DNA of 34,326 bases, taken from positions 1-34,326 of the forward strand of contig CAYSEL010000077.1 in the NCBI GenBank assembly GCA_964430035.1, in the 5' to 3' direction. The position numbers and the translations under genes were made by a program. Positions 17,723-26,406 of the stretch are shown here, piece after piece. The notes under the pieces are model-generated. The model saw nothing but the letters and a program-made list of their open reading frames with translations. It was not told the DNA's origin and ran no database searches. Numbering within the stretch: the first letter of the stretch is position 1; each line of letters starts with the position of its first letter. Source of the DNA: an uncultured Candidatus Bathyarchaeia archaeon. Lineage in GTDB: Archaea; Thermoproteota; Bathyarchaeia; Bathyarchaeales; DTEX01.

Positions 17723-18613
17723 TTGACTGTATTCATTTCAAAGGCAGGAGGATCTAAACTGGCAAAAAAGATAAGGTATGCCAGCGTGGCTGGAAGCTTT
17801 TACGCTGGCTCAACGGGCTCTCTAAGAAGGCAGATAGAGGAATGTTTTAGGCATAAGTTCGGACCGGGAGAGCTCCCCAAAATTAATAGGGACGGCCCAA
17901 GGAAGATCATAGGGCTAGTCTGTCCACATGCTGGATATATGTACTCAGGTCCAGTTGCTGCCAACGCCTATTATCGCCTTGCCTCTGACGGATTAATAGA
18001 TGTTGCAGTGATTTTTGGACCAAACCATACTGGCATAGGAAGCGGAGTAGCGATAATGGAGGAGGGGGTGTGGCGTACACCGTTAGGGGAGGTGGAGATA
18101 GACAGTGATCTAGCGAGGGCGGTCGTAAGCAAATCTGGAATAGTTGACCCGGACGATTCAGCTCATATTTACGAACATTCAATTGAAGTTCAGTTGCCAT
18201 TTCTGCAGTATATTTATGGCTCCTCATTCAAATTTGTGCCCATCTGCTTCTTAATGCAAGATCTCGAGACATGCAGAGAAGTTGGCGAGGCTTTGGCTGA
18301 GGCTTTGAAGAACCGAAACTTTGTGATGATAGCATCTACAGACATGACTCATTATGAACCTCAAAGAAATGCGTACGATAAAGACATGAAGGCTTTGGAC
18401 GCCGTGTTAAAACTTGATGAGAGGCTCTTCCATTCTGTGTTAAATGCTAACAGAATCTCAGCTTGCGGATACGGTCCTGTGACCACATTAATAGTAGCTG
18501 CAAAGAAGATGGGTTTGAATAGATCTGAGATGCTCTGCTATAAGACTAGTGGAGACATAACAGGCGACACTTCCTCGGTCGTTGGCTACGCATCTCTGGT
18601 CTTCGAAAAATAA
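17723..18613 (+). CDS. MEMO1-family protein (AmmeMemoRadiSam system protein B-like)
   Basis: VAGSFYAG, CPHAGYMYSGPVAA, GPNHTG, EHSIEVQLPFLQ, STDMTHY, ACGYGP and SVVGYAS motifs of the Memo/UPF0103 family. TTG start. Confidence 0.75.
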   Translation: MTVFISKAGGSKLAKKIRYASVAGSFYAGSTGSLRRQIEECFRHKFGPGELPKINRDGPRKIIGLVCPHAGYMYSGPVAANAYYRLASDGLIDVAVIFGPNHTGIGSGVAIMEEGVWRTPLGEVEIDSDLARAVVSKSGIVDPDDSAHIYEHSIEVQLPFLQYIYGSSFKFVPICFLMQDLETCREVGEALAEALKNRNFVMIASTDMTHYEPQRNAYDKDMKALDAVLKLDERLFHSVLNANRISACGYGPVTTLIVAAKKMGLNRSEMLCYKTSGDITGDTSSVVGYASLVFEK

Positions 18614-18637
18614 ACTTGGCAAGGAGACCAATTCTTT

Positions 18638-19621
18638 TTGAGACCGTCTGCCAAGGCTTCTGCACCGGGTAAGGTTATACTTTTCGGTGAACAATTCGTT
18701 GTCCATGGAAAACCAGCCTTGGTCATTGCCATAGACAAGAGGGCGATCGTTAAGGCGGAGCTTAGAAAAGACAAAAAAGCGTACATCTGCTCTAGGAATT
18801 TGAAAGCTTCAGGATATTACGTAGGCGACAAATTCCATATTCAGGAAGGTGGGGAAGAAACAAAAGAAAAGTTTGAGCCTATCTTTTCCGTTATCCGAGG
18901 CTTCCAAAATTTTGTTAGTACTAATGTGGGTGTCAACCTAGATATTAACTCATCCATACCAGTAGCAGCTGGACTGGGTTCATCCGCTGCTGTCTCTGTC
19001 GCATCTGCCGCCGCTCTAAACCATCTCTTTGAAGCTGGATTGACGGAGGATGAGATCTTTCGGATATCCTTAGAAGCCGAGAAGGTTGTTCATGTAAACC
19101 CATCTGGCGTTGACCCAGCAATATCCACCTATGGAGGTATTATTCTATACCGTAAAGGAGAAGGGATTAAACGATTAAATCTTAATACCGATCTGCCAAT
19201 TATCCTTGGAGACACAATGTTGAAACGGTCAACAGGCGGGATGGTTGCTCAAGTCATGGATTTGAAAAAACGTTATCCATCGCTTGTGGATAAAGTATTT
19301 GACGCCGGGGAAGAAATTGTGGCGCTGGGCATTAAAGCAATGAGAAAGGGAGACCTAGAAACTCTAGGCGAACTCATGAATTTCAACCATGCACTTCTCT
19401 GCGCAATGGGAGTTTCTAATTATCCACTTGAAAGGCTTGTACAAGCAGCGAGAACGGCTGGCGCTTTAGGAGCAAAGTTGACTGGTGCTGGGGGTGGTGG
19501 ATGCATAGTTGCTTTAGCAGCACCGGAAAAACTTAATGACGTAGCGAAAGCGATAGAGAAGGCTGATGGAAAAGCTTACATCACGAGAATAACAATGGAC
19601 GGAATCAGAATTGAGAAGTAA
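18638..19621 (+). CDS. mvk: mevalonate kinase
   Basis: APGKVILFGEQFVVHG N-terminus, GHMP motif IPVAAGLGSSAAVSVA, and C-terminal KLTGAGGGGC. TTG start. Confidence 0.85.
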   Translation: MRPSAKASAPGKVILFGEQFVVHGKPALVIAIDKRAIVKAELRKDKKAYICSRNLKASGYYVGDKFHIQEGGEETKEKFEPIFSVIRGFQNFVSTNVGVNLDINSSIPVAAGLGSSAAVSVASAAALNHLFEAGLTEDEIFRISLEAEKVVHVNPSGVDPAISTYGGIILYRKGEGIKRLNLNTDLPIILGDTMLKRSTGGMVAQVMDLKKRYPSLVDKVFDAGEEIVALGIKAMRKGDLETLGELMNFNHALLCAMGVSNYPLERLVQAARTAGALGAKLTGAGGGGCIVALAAPEKLNDVAKAIEKADGKAYITRITMDGIRIEK

Positions 19622-20405
19622 ACCTATAGTTTTAAAGCTCGGAGGCTCAGTCGTAACATATAAAGAGAAGGTTCTATCGCCTAACTATGAAGCGATTAAG
19701 AGGTTGGCTGAAGAGGTAGCTCGAGCTGAAGCCCAGCCTTTAATAATAGTTCACGGCGGGGGAAGCTTTGGCCATCCACTCGCAAGCGTTTACAGAATTG
19801 CAGAAGGTTTCAGTGACAATAGACAGATACTAGGTTTCTCAAAGACCCATGAGGCGATGGTCTTTCTCAATAATCTTATAGTGAAAAATCTTTTGGATCA
19901 AGATGTTCCAGCATTTAGTATGGCGCCTTCATCCTTCATCATCACAAGTAAAGGACGAATACAAACATACAACTATAAACCTTTAATAAAAGCGGTCGAC
20001 ATGCATCTTGTCCCAGTTCTTCACGGGGATGCTGTACTAGATTTTGATAAAGGCTTTGCAGTTCTTTCAGGGGACCAGATAGTAGCTCACATAGCTTTAA
20101 AGCTTAAAGCTGAAAAGATCATTATGGGCATAGATGTTGATGGTTTGTACGACTCCGACCCAAAGCTTAACCCTTCAGCGCATTTCATTCCAAATATTAA
20201 ATTGGAACAACTTGAGAAACTTAAAAACACGTTGACCAGAACAAGCCTCATAGACGTGACACATGGGATGATGGGAAAGATTTCAGAGATAATTCTGGCC
20301 ATCAGATGCGGAATTCCGACATTAATTGTGAATGCGTCTAAACCTGGCAATATAGAGATGGCTTTAAAGGGAGAGGAAGTTGTTGGGACAAAGATCGAAA
20401 GATAA
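19611..20405 (+). CDS. ipk: isopentenyl phosphate kinase
   Basis: Amino-acid-kinase fold with LKLGGSVVT, VHGGGSFGH, GDAVL, LSGDQIV and GIDVDGLY. TTG start overlaps the mvk end by 11 nt. Confidence 0.8.
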   Translation: MRSKPIVLKLGGSVVTYKEKVLSPNYEAIKRLAEEVARAEAQPLIIVHGGGSFGHPLASVYRIAEGFSDNRQILGFSKTHEAMVFLNNLIVKNLLDQDVPAFSMAPSSFIITSKGRIQTYNYKPLIKAVDMHLVPVLHGDAVLDFDKGFAVLSGDQIVAHIALKLKAEKIIMGIDVDGLYDSDPKLNPSAHFIPNIKLEQLEKLKNTLTRTSLIDVTHGMMGKISEIILAIRCGIPTLIVNASKPGNIEMALKGEEVVGTKIER

Positions 20406-21510
20406 ACCCGAAGAAGATAAAATTGAAGAAAGAAAGGATGAACACATACAAATATGTTTAGAAGAGGATGTTGAAGCCAAGAGTGTAACTACGGGCTTTG
20501 AAGAAGTCTTTCTTATCCATAGAGCTCTACCAGAAATAAGCTGGGAAGAAATAGATCTTTCAACCAATTTCCTCAACCATAAATTCTCGGCGCCTATCTT
20601 CATAGAAGCTATGACTGGAGGAACGGAAAAGGCCTTCAAGATAAATGCGTCCATAGCGGAGGCAGTTGAAGAGTTAGGTCTAGGAATGGGTGTGGGAAGC
20701 CAACGAGCGGCTTTAGAGAACCCCAGATTTGAGAGAACCTACAAAATTGCAAGGAAGAAGGCTCCTAGTGCTTTTATCGCCGCGAACATAGGTGCATCCC
20801 AAATCATATCTGAGAGGTGCATCGAAATCGCTGAAAGGGCTGTCAAAATGATAGATGCTGATGCTTTAGCAATCCATCTTAACTCGCTTCAAGAAGCTAT
20901 ACAGCCTGAAGGGGAGATTAACTATGCTCAGGTTCTTGGAAAGATAAAGGAGATCTCTGAAGTTCTCAGTGTACCAGTCATTGTGAAAGAGACAGGAGCT
21001 GGCATCGCTGCTGAAGATGCTAAAAGACTGGAAAAAGCAGGAGTCTCTGCCATAGACATTGCAGGGGCTGGCGGAACCAGCTGGGCGGCAGTTGAATACT
21101 ATAGAGCTAAGAAACGAGGGAATGAGTTCAGGCAAGAGCTTGGAAAAAACCTTTGGGATTGGGGGATACCTACCGTTTACAGTTTGGTTGAAGTTGTGCA
21201 GTCAGTGAATTTGCCAGTTATCGCGTCAGGGGGTATACGTTCTGGAGTCGACATTGCAAAATCTTTAACACTGGGAGCTTCTCTCGCTGGATTCGCATTT
21301 CCAGTACTAAACGCGGCCTTGAGAGGCAGCGAAGATGTTAAAACAAAAATTGTTTTTATCATCCATCAGTTAAGAACCGTAATGTTTCTTGTCGGAGCTA
21401 AGAAATTGGAAAAGTTAAAGTCTACCCCAGTTGTAATAACTGGTAAGACAGCTGAGTGGTTAAGAGCAAGAGGCTTCAATTTGGAGGCTTATGCGAGGAG
21501 AGGAGACTAA
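20380..21510 (+). CDS. fni: isopentenyl-diphosphate delta-isomerase, type 2 (FMN-dependent)
   Basis: RKDEHI, MTGG, GVGSQR, KETGAG, GAGGTSWAAVE and ASGGIRSG motifs of IDI-2. TTG start overlaps the ipk end. Confidence 0.85.
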   Translation: MLGQRSKDKPEEDKIEERKDEHIQICLEEDVEAKSVTTGFEEVFLIHRALPEISWEEIDLSTNFLNHKFSAPIFIEAMTGGTEKAFKINASIAEAVEELGLGMGVGSQRAALENPRFERTYKIARKKAPSAFIAANIGASQIISERCIEIAERAVKMIDADALAIHLNSLQEAIQPEGEINYAQVLGKIKEISEVLSVPVIVKETGAGIAAEDAKRLEKAGVSAIDIAGAGGTSWAAVEYYRAKKRGNEFRQELGKNLWDWGIPTVYSLVEVVQSVNLPVIASGGIRSGVDIAKSLTLGASLAGFAFPVLNAALRGSEDVKTKIVFIIHQLRTVMFLVGAKKLEKLKSTPVVITGKTAEWLRARGFNLEAYARRGD

Positions 21511-21518
21511 GGTTCACT

Positions 21519-22601
21519 ATGGAAATGAATCATAGAATAGAAAAGATTCTTGAAGAGAAAGCTAAGCTCATCGACAAGTGTATTGAGAAATATGTGCCAA
21601 GAAAGATAACTGAAGACTGGATTCTATTTAAAATAAGCCCGCCAAAGGGTGAACTGGACCTTCAAGCCTTAAATAAAACGATTTTGGAGCCTTTCTGGGA
21701 GTTCCTGGATAGAGGAGGAAAACGTTGGAGAGCTGCACTTTTCCTCCTACTATGTGAAGCTTTAGGTAGCGACCCTGATGAGTTCCTAGAGTTCGCAGCT
21801 ATTCCGGAGATTATTCATAATGGAACGCTTATCGCTGACGACATTGAAGATTCATCAAACTTTAGGCGGGGAAAACCATGTACCTATAAGCTTTACGGCC
21901 TAGATGTCGCGATTAACCTTTCAAGCTTCATGTACTTTATTCCTTTATTATCTTTAAGCGAAAATATAGGGAAACTCTCGGAAGAAAAAGCCAGAAGAAT
22001 CTATGAGATTTACGTAAATGAGATGATTAATCTCAGCCTTGGGCAAGCAATAGATATTGCTTGGCATAAGAAACTAATTCCTACCTCAAATACGTCACAA
22101 GAACAGTATCTACAGATGTGCGCCTATAAAACAGGCACTTTGGCAAGAATGGCAGCTAAAATGGCTGCCGTGATATCTGATGTTGGCAACGAAGAGGTTG
22201 AAAAAATTGGGAAGTTCGCCGAGTCCATAGGCATAGCATTCCAGATTCAAGACGACATCCTAGACATTATTGGTGAGAAATTTGCTGAGGGAAAGGGCGG
22301 ACTAGGTATGGATATAACTGAGGGGAAGCTAAGCATCATCGTCATCTATACCTTGAAAGAGGCTGAACTTGAGGATAAGGAAGAGTTGAAACGGATACTT
22401 GAGATGCATACAAAGGATGAAGCTCATAGAATGAAGGCGATCTCGATAATTAGGAAATATGGATCGATAGAATATGCTAGGAATCTTGCTGCAAGGATCT
22501 TAGAGGATGGCTGGAACGAAGTGAGCAACATTCTTCCGTCGTCAAAGGCGAAAGAAACGTTAAGGATGTTTTCCGAATACCTAATAAAGAGGCAAATATG
22601 A
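21519..22601 (+). CDS. (geranyl)geranyl diphosphate synthase, polyprenyl synthetase family
   Basis: First Asp-rich motif LIADDIEDSSNFRRGKP and second FQIQDDILD. Start placed at ATG 21519 (MEMNHRIEKI), just after the idi2 stop. The track ORF begins at 21456 inside idi2. Confidence 0.8.
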   Translation: MEMNHRIEKILEEKAKLIDKCIEKYVPRKITEDWILFKISPPKGELDLQALNKTILEPFWEFLDRGGKRWRAALFLLLCEALGSDPDEFLEFAAIPEIIHNGTLIADDIEDSSNFRRGKPCTYKLYGLDVAINLSSFMYFIPLLSLSENIGKLSEEKARRIYEIYVNEMINLSLGQAIDIAWHKKLIPTSNTSQEQYLQMCAYKTGTLARMAAKMAAVISDVGNEEVEKIGKFAESIGIAFQIQDDILDIIGEKFAEGKGGLGMDITEGKLSIIVIYTLKEAELEDKEELKRILEMHTKDEAHRMKAISIIRKYGSIEYARNLAARILEDGWNEVSNILPSSKAKETLRMFSEYLIKRQI

Positions 22602-22647
22602 CATTTCTTCCCAACTCCTTTGGCACAAGTACCAAAAAGGTGTTCGT

Positions 22648-24396
22648 TTGAACAGTTTTCAGACAGGCTCTGAGATTAGAGAAACCATACGGAAAATAGC
22701 TTTAGCGAACGCTGTAGCGTATAAAGGAAAGGCTCAAATAGGTCCAGTACTTGGAAGGCTCTTGGCTGAGAAACCTGAACTAAAGTCGAAAATACAGGAG
22801 ATCGCTACAATAGTCAAAGAGATTGTTGAAGAAGTTAACAAGATTCCACTGAAAGAACAGATTGAGGTTTTAAAGAAATTCTGGCCCAGTCTTCTTTCAA
22901 AAGAGAAGGTTGAGGAAAAGAAGGGTCTTCCACCTCTGCCAAACGTTGGAAAATATCCCCAAGTCGTGACACGTTTCGCTCCTAACCCAGACTGCGTTCT
23001 TCATCTTGGCTCTGCCCGGGCGATCATTCTCAGTCACGAATATGCGAGAATGTACAATGGCAAGTTCATCCTAAGATTTGAAGACACTGATCCTAGATTG
23101 AAGAAGTCTTCACTGAAATTCTTTGACATGATAAGAGAGGACCTTAAATGGCTTGGATGTAGATGGGATGCTGAATATATTCAAAGCGACAGGATAGAAA
23201 TCTATTACCAATACGCGGAGAAACTCTTACGAGATGGAAACGCATACATTTGTACATGTAAACGTGAGGAATTCAGAGAAAAAGTGATGAATAGTAAACC
23301 TTGCCCATGCCGGAGTCTAAGCTCAGAAGAAAATCTTGCACGTTGGAAAAATATGTTTGAGGGAAAATACGGAGAAGGAGAAGCGGTAATGAGGATTAAG
23401 ACGGATTTAGACCATCCTAACCCTGCGATCCGGGACTGGCCTGCATTCAGAATTATAGATCCGAAAAAGTATCCACATCCAAGGGTTGGCTCTAAATACT
23501 ATGTTTGGCCGCTCTTCGCCTTCGCCAATGGCATTGATGATTACCTCAACGGGATAACCCACATCATAAGAGGAAAAGAGCATCTGACAAATCAGAAAAG
23601 GCAAGAGTACTTTTATCGTTACTTAGGCTGGAAATATCCGGAAGCCATTCATTACGGTAGACTGAAGATTGCCGGGGCTTCTCTAAGTAAATCGAAGATT
23701 TTACGCGGTGTCCAAGAAGGGACATACAATGGTTGGGACGATCCTAGACTTGCAACTTTCATGTCATTGAGACGTCGAGGCATAACACCGGAAGCCATCA
23801 GACAATTAATAATAGAGATTGGTCCCCGCCCAGTTGACATAACCTTGAGCTGGCAGAACCTATACGCAATCAACCGGAAAATTATTGACCCAATCGCAAA
23901 TAGGTACTTCTTTGTTCAAGACCCCGTGAAGCTCATAGTCAAAGGTGTGCAAAAAGAGTTTGTAGCAGACGTGCCATTACATCCTGATAAGCCTGAGAGA
24001 GGAAACCGTATTCTGAAGGTCAAGCCTAGGAACGGGCAAGCTGAGATTTACCTTTCAAAAGTTGATGAACCTATACTCAAGGAAGGAGCCATAATAAGGC
24101 TAATGGAACTCTTCAACATAAAAATTGAAGAGATAAAGGAAGAAATCATCGCCGAATTCCAAAGTGAATCATATGAAGAGGCAAAGAAGGTCGGTGCACC
24201 CTTAATTCATTGGCTTCCTCCCGAACATGCGGTTCCATGCGATGTTGTTATGCCTGATGGACGTGTTCTAAGAGGTTTGGTTGAAGAATCTTTGCGAAAA
24301 GCTTCGATTGGTCAGATAATCCAGTTTGAACGTTTCGGATTTGTGAGGGTCGACAAAATCAGTGAAAACATTGTCGTTTTCTTCGCTCACAAATAA
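22648..24396 (+). CDS. gltX: glutamyl-tRNA synthetase (archaeal/eukaryotic type)
   Basis: Class I motifs HLGSARA (HIGH-like) and LSKSK (KMSKS-like), RFEDTDP, and an N-terminal ~100-aa helical appendage. 582 aa, TTG start behind a GGTG SD. Confidence 0.9.
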   Translation: MNSFQTGSEIRETIRKIALANAVAYKGKAQIGPVLGRLLAEKPELKSKIQEIATIVKEIVEEVNKIPLKEQIEVLKKFWPSLLSKEKVEEKKGLPPLPNVGKYPQVVTRFAPNPDCVLHLGSARAIILSHEYARMYNGKFILRFEDTDPRLKKSSLKFFDMIREDLKWLGCRWDAEYIQSDRIEIYYQYAEKLLRDGNAYICTCKREEFREKVMNSKPCPCRSLSSEENLARWKNMFEGKYGEGEAVMRIKTDLDHPNPAIRDWPAFRIIDPKKYPHPRVGSKYYVWPLFAFANGIDDYLNGITHIIRGKEHLTNQKRQEYFYRYLGWKYPEAIHYGRLKIAGASLSKSKILRGVQEGTYNGWDDPRLATFMSLRRRGITPEAIRQLIIEIGPRPVDITLSWQNLYAINRKIIDPIANRYFFVQDPVKLIVKGVQKEFVADVPLHPDKPERGNRILKVKPRNGQAEIYLSKVDEPILKEGAIIRLMELFNIKIEEIKEEIIAEFQSESYEEAKKVGAPLIHWLPPEHAVPCDVVMPDGRVLRGLVEESLRKASIGQIIQFERFGFVRVDKISENIVVFFAHK

Positions 24397-24502
24397 AGGA
24401 CGTTTTAAGGCTTAGCAAATTTGTGACCTTCCGGAAACGAAGATTTATATTTAAGTTTAAATAATTCCTTATAACAAAGTTATTATTTGGAGCATCTCGA
24501 GA

Positions 24503-24724
24503 TTGAGAAAAGAAGTTGAGAAAGCAATAAAAGAGATTCGACCCCATCTCAGAGCAGATGGGGGAGATATAGAACTTGTCGACGTTGATGAAGAAGGGAC
24601 GGTGAAGGTTAAACTCAAAGGTACATGCGCTGGGTGCCCAATGTCCCGAATGACTATACAGTACGGCGTAGAACGGTACTTAAAGGAGAAGGTTCCTCAA
24701 GTGAAGAGGGTACTGACAGTCTAG
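24503..24724 (+). CDS. NifU-like (Nfu) Fe-S cluster domain protein
   Basis: 73 aa with IRPHLRADGGDIELVDV...GTCAGCPMS, typical of the Nfu/NifU C-terminal domain. TTG start. Confidence 0.7.
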   Translation: MRKEVEKAIKEIRPHLRADGGDIELVDVDEEGTVKVKLKGTCAGCPMSRMTIQYGVERYLKEKVPQVKRVLTV

Positions 24725-24861
24725 TTTCTTAAAGATCTTCATTCTCTACTACTCTTAAATACTTGAACATTAGTGTAGAAGCATCATTTAAATTGTTGGG
24801 TATAGATCGTCAGTTCATGAATTTTAAATATTAATGTGTTCAATTCGTTTTTTAGATCGTC

Positions 24862-25290
24862 ATGTATATTCTATTGCAATCAGGTATATGGATATTCTCA
24901 ATCCTTTCTCTCGGAGTTTTCCTAAAAAGGAGAGGGTGCACCACACAGTTTGTCTACCTAGCATGCGCCTTTTGCGGGTATCTTCTCTTAAGTAATGTGG
25001 CGCCATTGCTACGAGAAGAAATAAACTTTTGGTATTCAATTATTTACTTTGCCTCTTCTCTGGCCGTTGTTACATATTTTGCCTATTCAAGTCTTAGGAA
25101 CACATTTAGAAGTATTTACAGAAGTTCATCTGCAAAGCATTATCAGCAAAAAAAGTTGTTATCGGTAGATCAATTCTTGAGCATAATTGATAGTGCAAGA
25201 AAGCAAGAAGGGACCGAACCATCACCAGAAGAGGATCTTATTAAGACAGCTGTCACGATACTGGAAAAGATCAGTTCTAAACCGTCCTAG
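24862..25290 (+). CDS. hypothetical membrane protein
   Basis: 142 aa with about three hydrophobic segments and a polar tail. I recognise no family. A TATA-like ATTTTAAATATT lies ~30 nt upstream, suggesting a near-leaderless transcript. Confidence 0.4.
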   Translation: MYILLQSGIWIFSILSLGVFLKRRGCTTQFVYLACAFCGYLLLSNVAPLLREEINFWYSIIYFASSLAVVTYFAYSSLRNTFRSIYRSSSAKHYQQKKLLSVDQFLSIIDSARKQEGTEPSPEEDLIKTAVTILEKISSKPS

Positions 25291-25392
25291 GCTCTATTTG
25301 TAACTCCATGCTGTTCTCCCTTTTTCTGCCATTAAATTGTAAAAAAATAAAAACATACCCCAACTTTTTAAAAAAAAGAAATTCACCGCAAC

Positions 25393-25399
25393 ATATATA
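25393..25399 (+). promoter_or_regulatory. candidate TATA box for the L7Ae-S28e-L24e operon
   Basis: ATATATA lies ~72 nt upstream of the L7Ae ATG and would give a ~45-50 nt 5' UTR. Sequence and position only. Confidence 0.3.
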
Positions 25400-25431
25400 G
25401 GGAAATTTATTATAGTTAGGGGGTTAGATGC

Positions 25432-25458
25432 AAACTGAGACGTATGTTGATGAAGTTT
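25432..25458 (+). promoter_or_regulatory. candidate K-turn/K-loop in the L7Ae 5' UTR (autoregulatory L7Ae binding site)
   Basis: The sequence is AAACUGAGACGUAUGUUGAUGAAGUUU. NC helix: 25432-25436 (AAACU) pairs with 25454-25458 (AGUUU). Tandem sheared pairs: G25437.A25453 and A25438.G25452. 3-nt bulge: GAU 25449-25451. Short C helix: 25439-25441 with 25446-25448, closed by loop GUAU. The same bases also read as a D'-box CUGA followed by a C'-box UGAUGA. The GGUGAU SD (25460-25465) begins 2 nt after the motif. Confidence 0.4.
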
Positions 25459-25470
25459 CGGTGATTTAGG

Positions 25471-25854
25471 ATGTCAAAACCATTTTATGTAAAGTTTGAG
25501 GTCCCGAATGAGGTTGCAAATGCGGCATACGAAGCGTTACAAATATCTTCAAAAACTGGAACCGTCCGGAAAGGTACAAACGAGACTACGAAGGCCGTAG
25601 AGCGTGGACAGGCAAAGATGGTGGTGATAGCAGAAGATGTGGATCCTCCAGAGGTAGTCGCTCACTTACCTATTCTCTGTGAAGAGAGAAAGATTCCATA
25701 TGTCTTCGTTCCCAGCAAGGCTAAATTAGGCGCTTCAGTAGGCATAGAGGTTAACGCTGCAGCAGCCTGCATAATAGAAGCTGGAGAGGCTTCAGACCTA
25801 ATCAAGGAAATAGCAACAAGGATAATGAAGATCAAGGAAGGATCCAGCGGATGA
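25471..25854 (+). CDS. rpl7ae: 50S ribosomal protein L7Ae
   Basis: [43 protein letters not shown] is the canonical L7Ae/L30e K-turn-binding fold sequence. Confidence 0.9.
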   Translation: MSKPFYVKFEVPNEVANAAYEALQISSKTGTVRKGTNETTKAVERGQAKMVVIAEDVDPPEVVAHLPILCEERKIPYVFVPSKAKLGASVGIEVNAAAACIIEAGEASDLIKEIATRIMKIKEGSSG

Positions 25855-26069
25855 GCCGGAAAGAGAGCGAGGAGGTTCTAACACCCGCTCAAGTCATTCA
25901 GATAATAGGTAGGACTGGGACGACAGGCGAAGTTATGGTGGTGAGGGTTCGAATACTTAGTGGTCCGGAGAAGGGGCGCATATTAACGAGAAATGTAAAG
26001 GGGCCAGTTAGGTTAGATGATATACTTATGCTAAGAGAGACTGAGAGAGAGGCAAGGAAGATAAAGTGA
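25851..26069 (+). CDS. rps28e: 30S ribosomal protein S28e
   Basis: [27 protein letters not shown]...[26 protein letters not shown]. 4-nt overlap with L7Ae. Confidence 0.9.
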   Translation: MSRKESEEVLTPAQVIQIIGRTGTTGEVMVVRVRILSGPEKGRILTRNVKGPVRLDDILMLRETEREARKIK

Positions 26070-26127
26070 AGGTTATGAGCGCTTAGCCGAAATATACGGG
26101 TTAAGAATAAAAGGTTGGTTGATGCGA

Positions 26128-26328
26128 ATGCCTAAACATCGGCAATGTAATTTTTGCGGTCGAGAATTCTCTCCTGGGACAGGGATCATGTACGTAAGCA
26201 ATGACGCATCGATCCAGTGGTTTTGCTCAAGTAAATGTAGAAAGAATGCCTTAAAGCTGAAACGTGATCCGCGTAAACTTAAATGGACAGAATATTACAT
26301 GAAGGAAGAAAGAGCCAAAATATCATAA
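26128..26328 (+). CDS. rpl24e: 50S ribosomal protein L24e
   Basis: CNFCGREFSPGTGIMYV...FCSSKCRKN zinc-ribbon motif. ATG 26128 is chosen. TTG 26119 and ATG 26122 are alternatives. Confidence 0.85.
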   Translation: MPKHRQCNFCGREFSPGTGIMYVSNDASIQWFCSSKCRKNALKLKRDPRKLKWTEYYMKEERAKIS

Positions 26329-26345
26329 TTACGAAAGAGAATGAG

Positions 26346-26350
26346 TTTTT
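26346..26350 (+). terminator. oligo-T tract downstream of L24e
   Basis: T5 lies 18 nt after the L24e stop codon. Archaeal RNAP terminates on oligo-T. Sequence only. Confidence 0.3.
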
Positions 26351-26406
26351 ATCTTTCAGATGCTACTCGGAAAATTTGGGCATTAATTCTTCACAGACAT
26401 TTTTAT

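Noticed and set aside
24803-24862. 10-nt direct repeat tagatcgtca (24803-24812 and 24853-24862) bracketing the TATA-like box of the orphan membrane gene
   Set aside because: A single short repeat pair in AT-rich DNA could be a regulator site, but it is not distinguishable from chance using this window alone.
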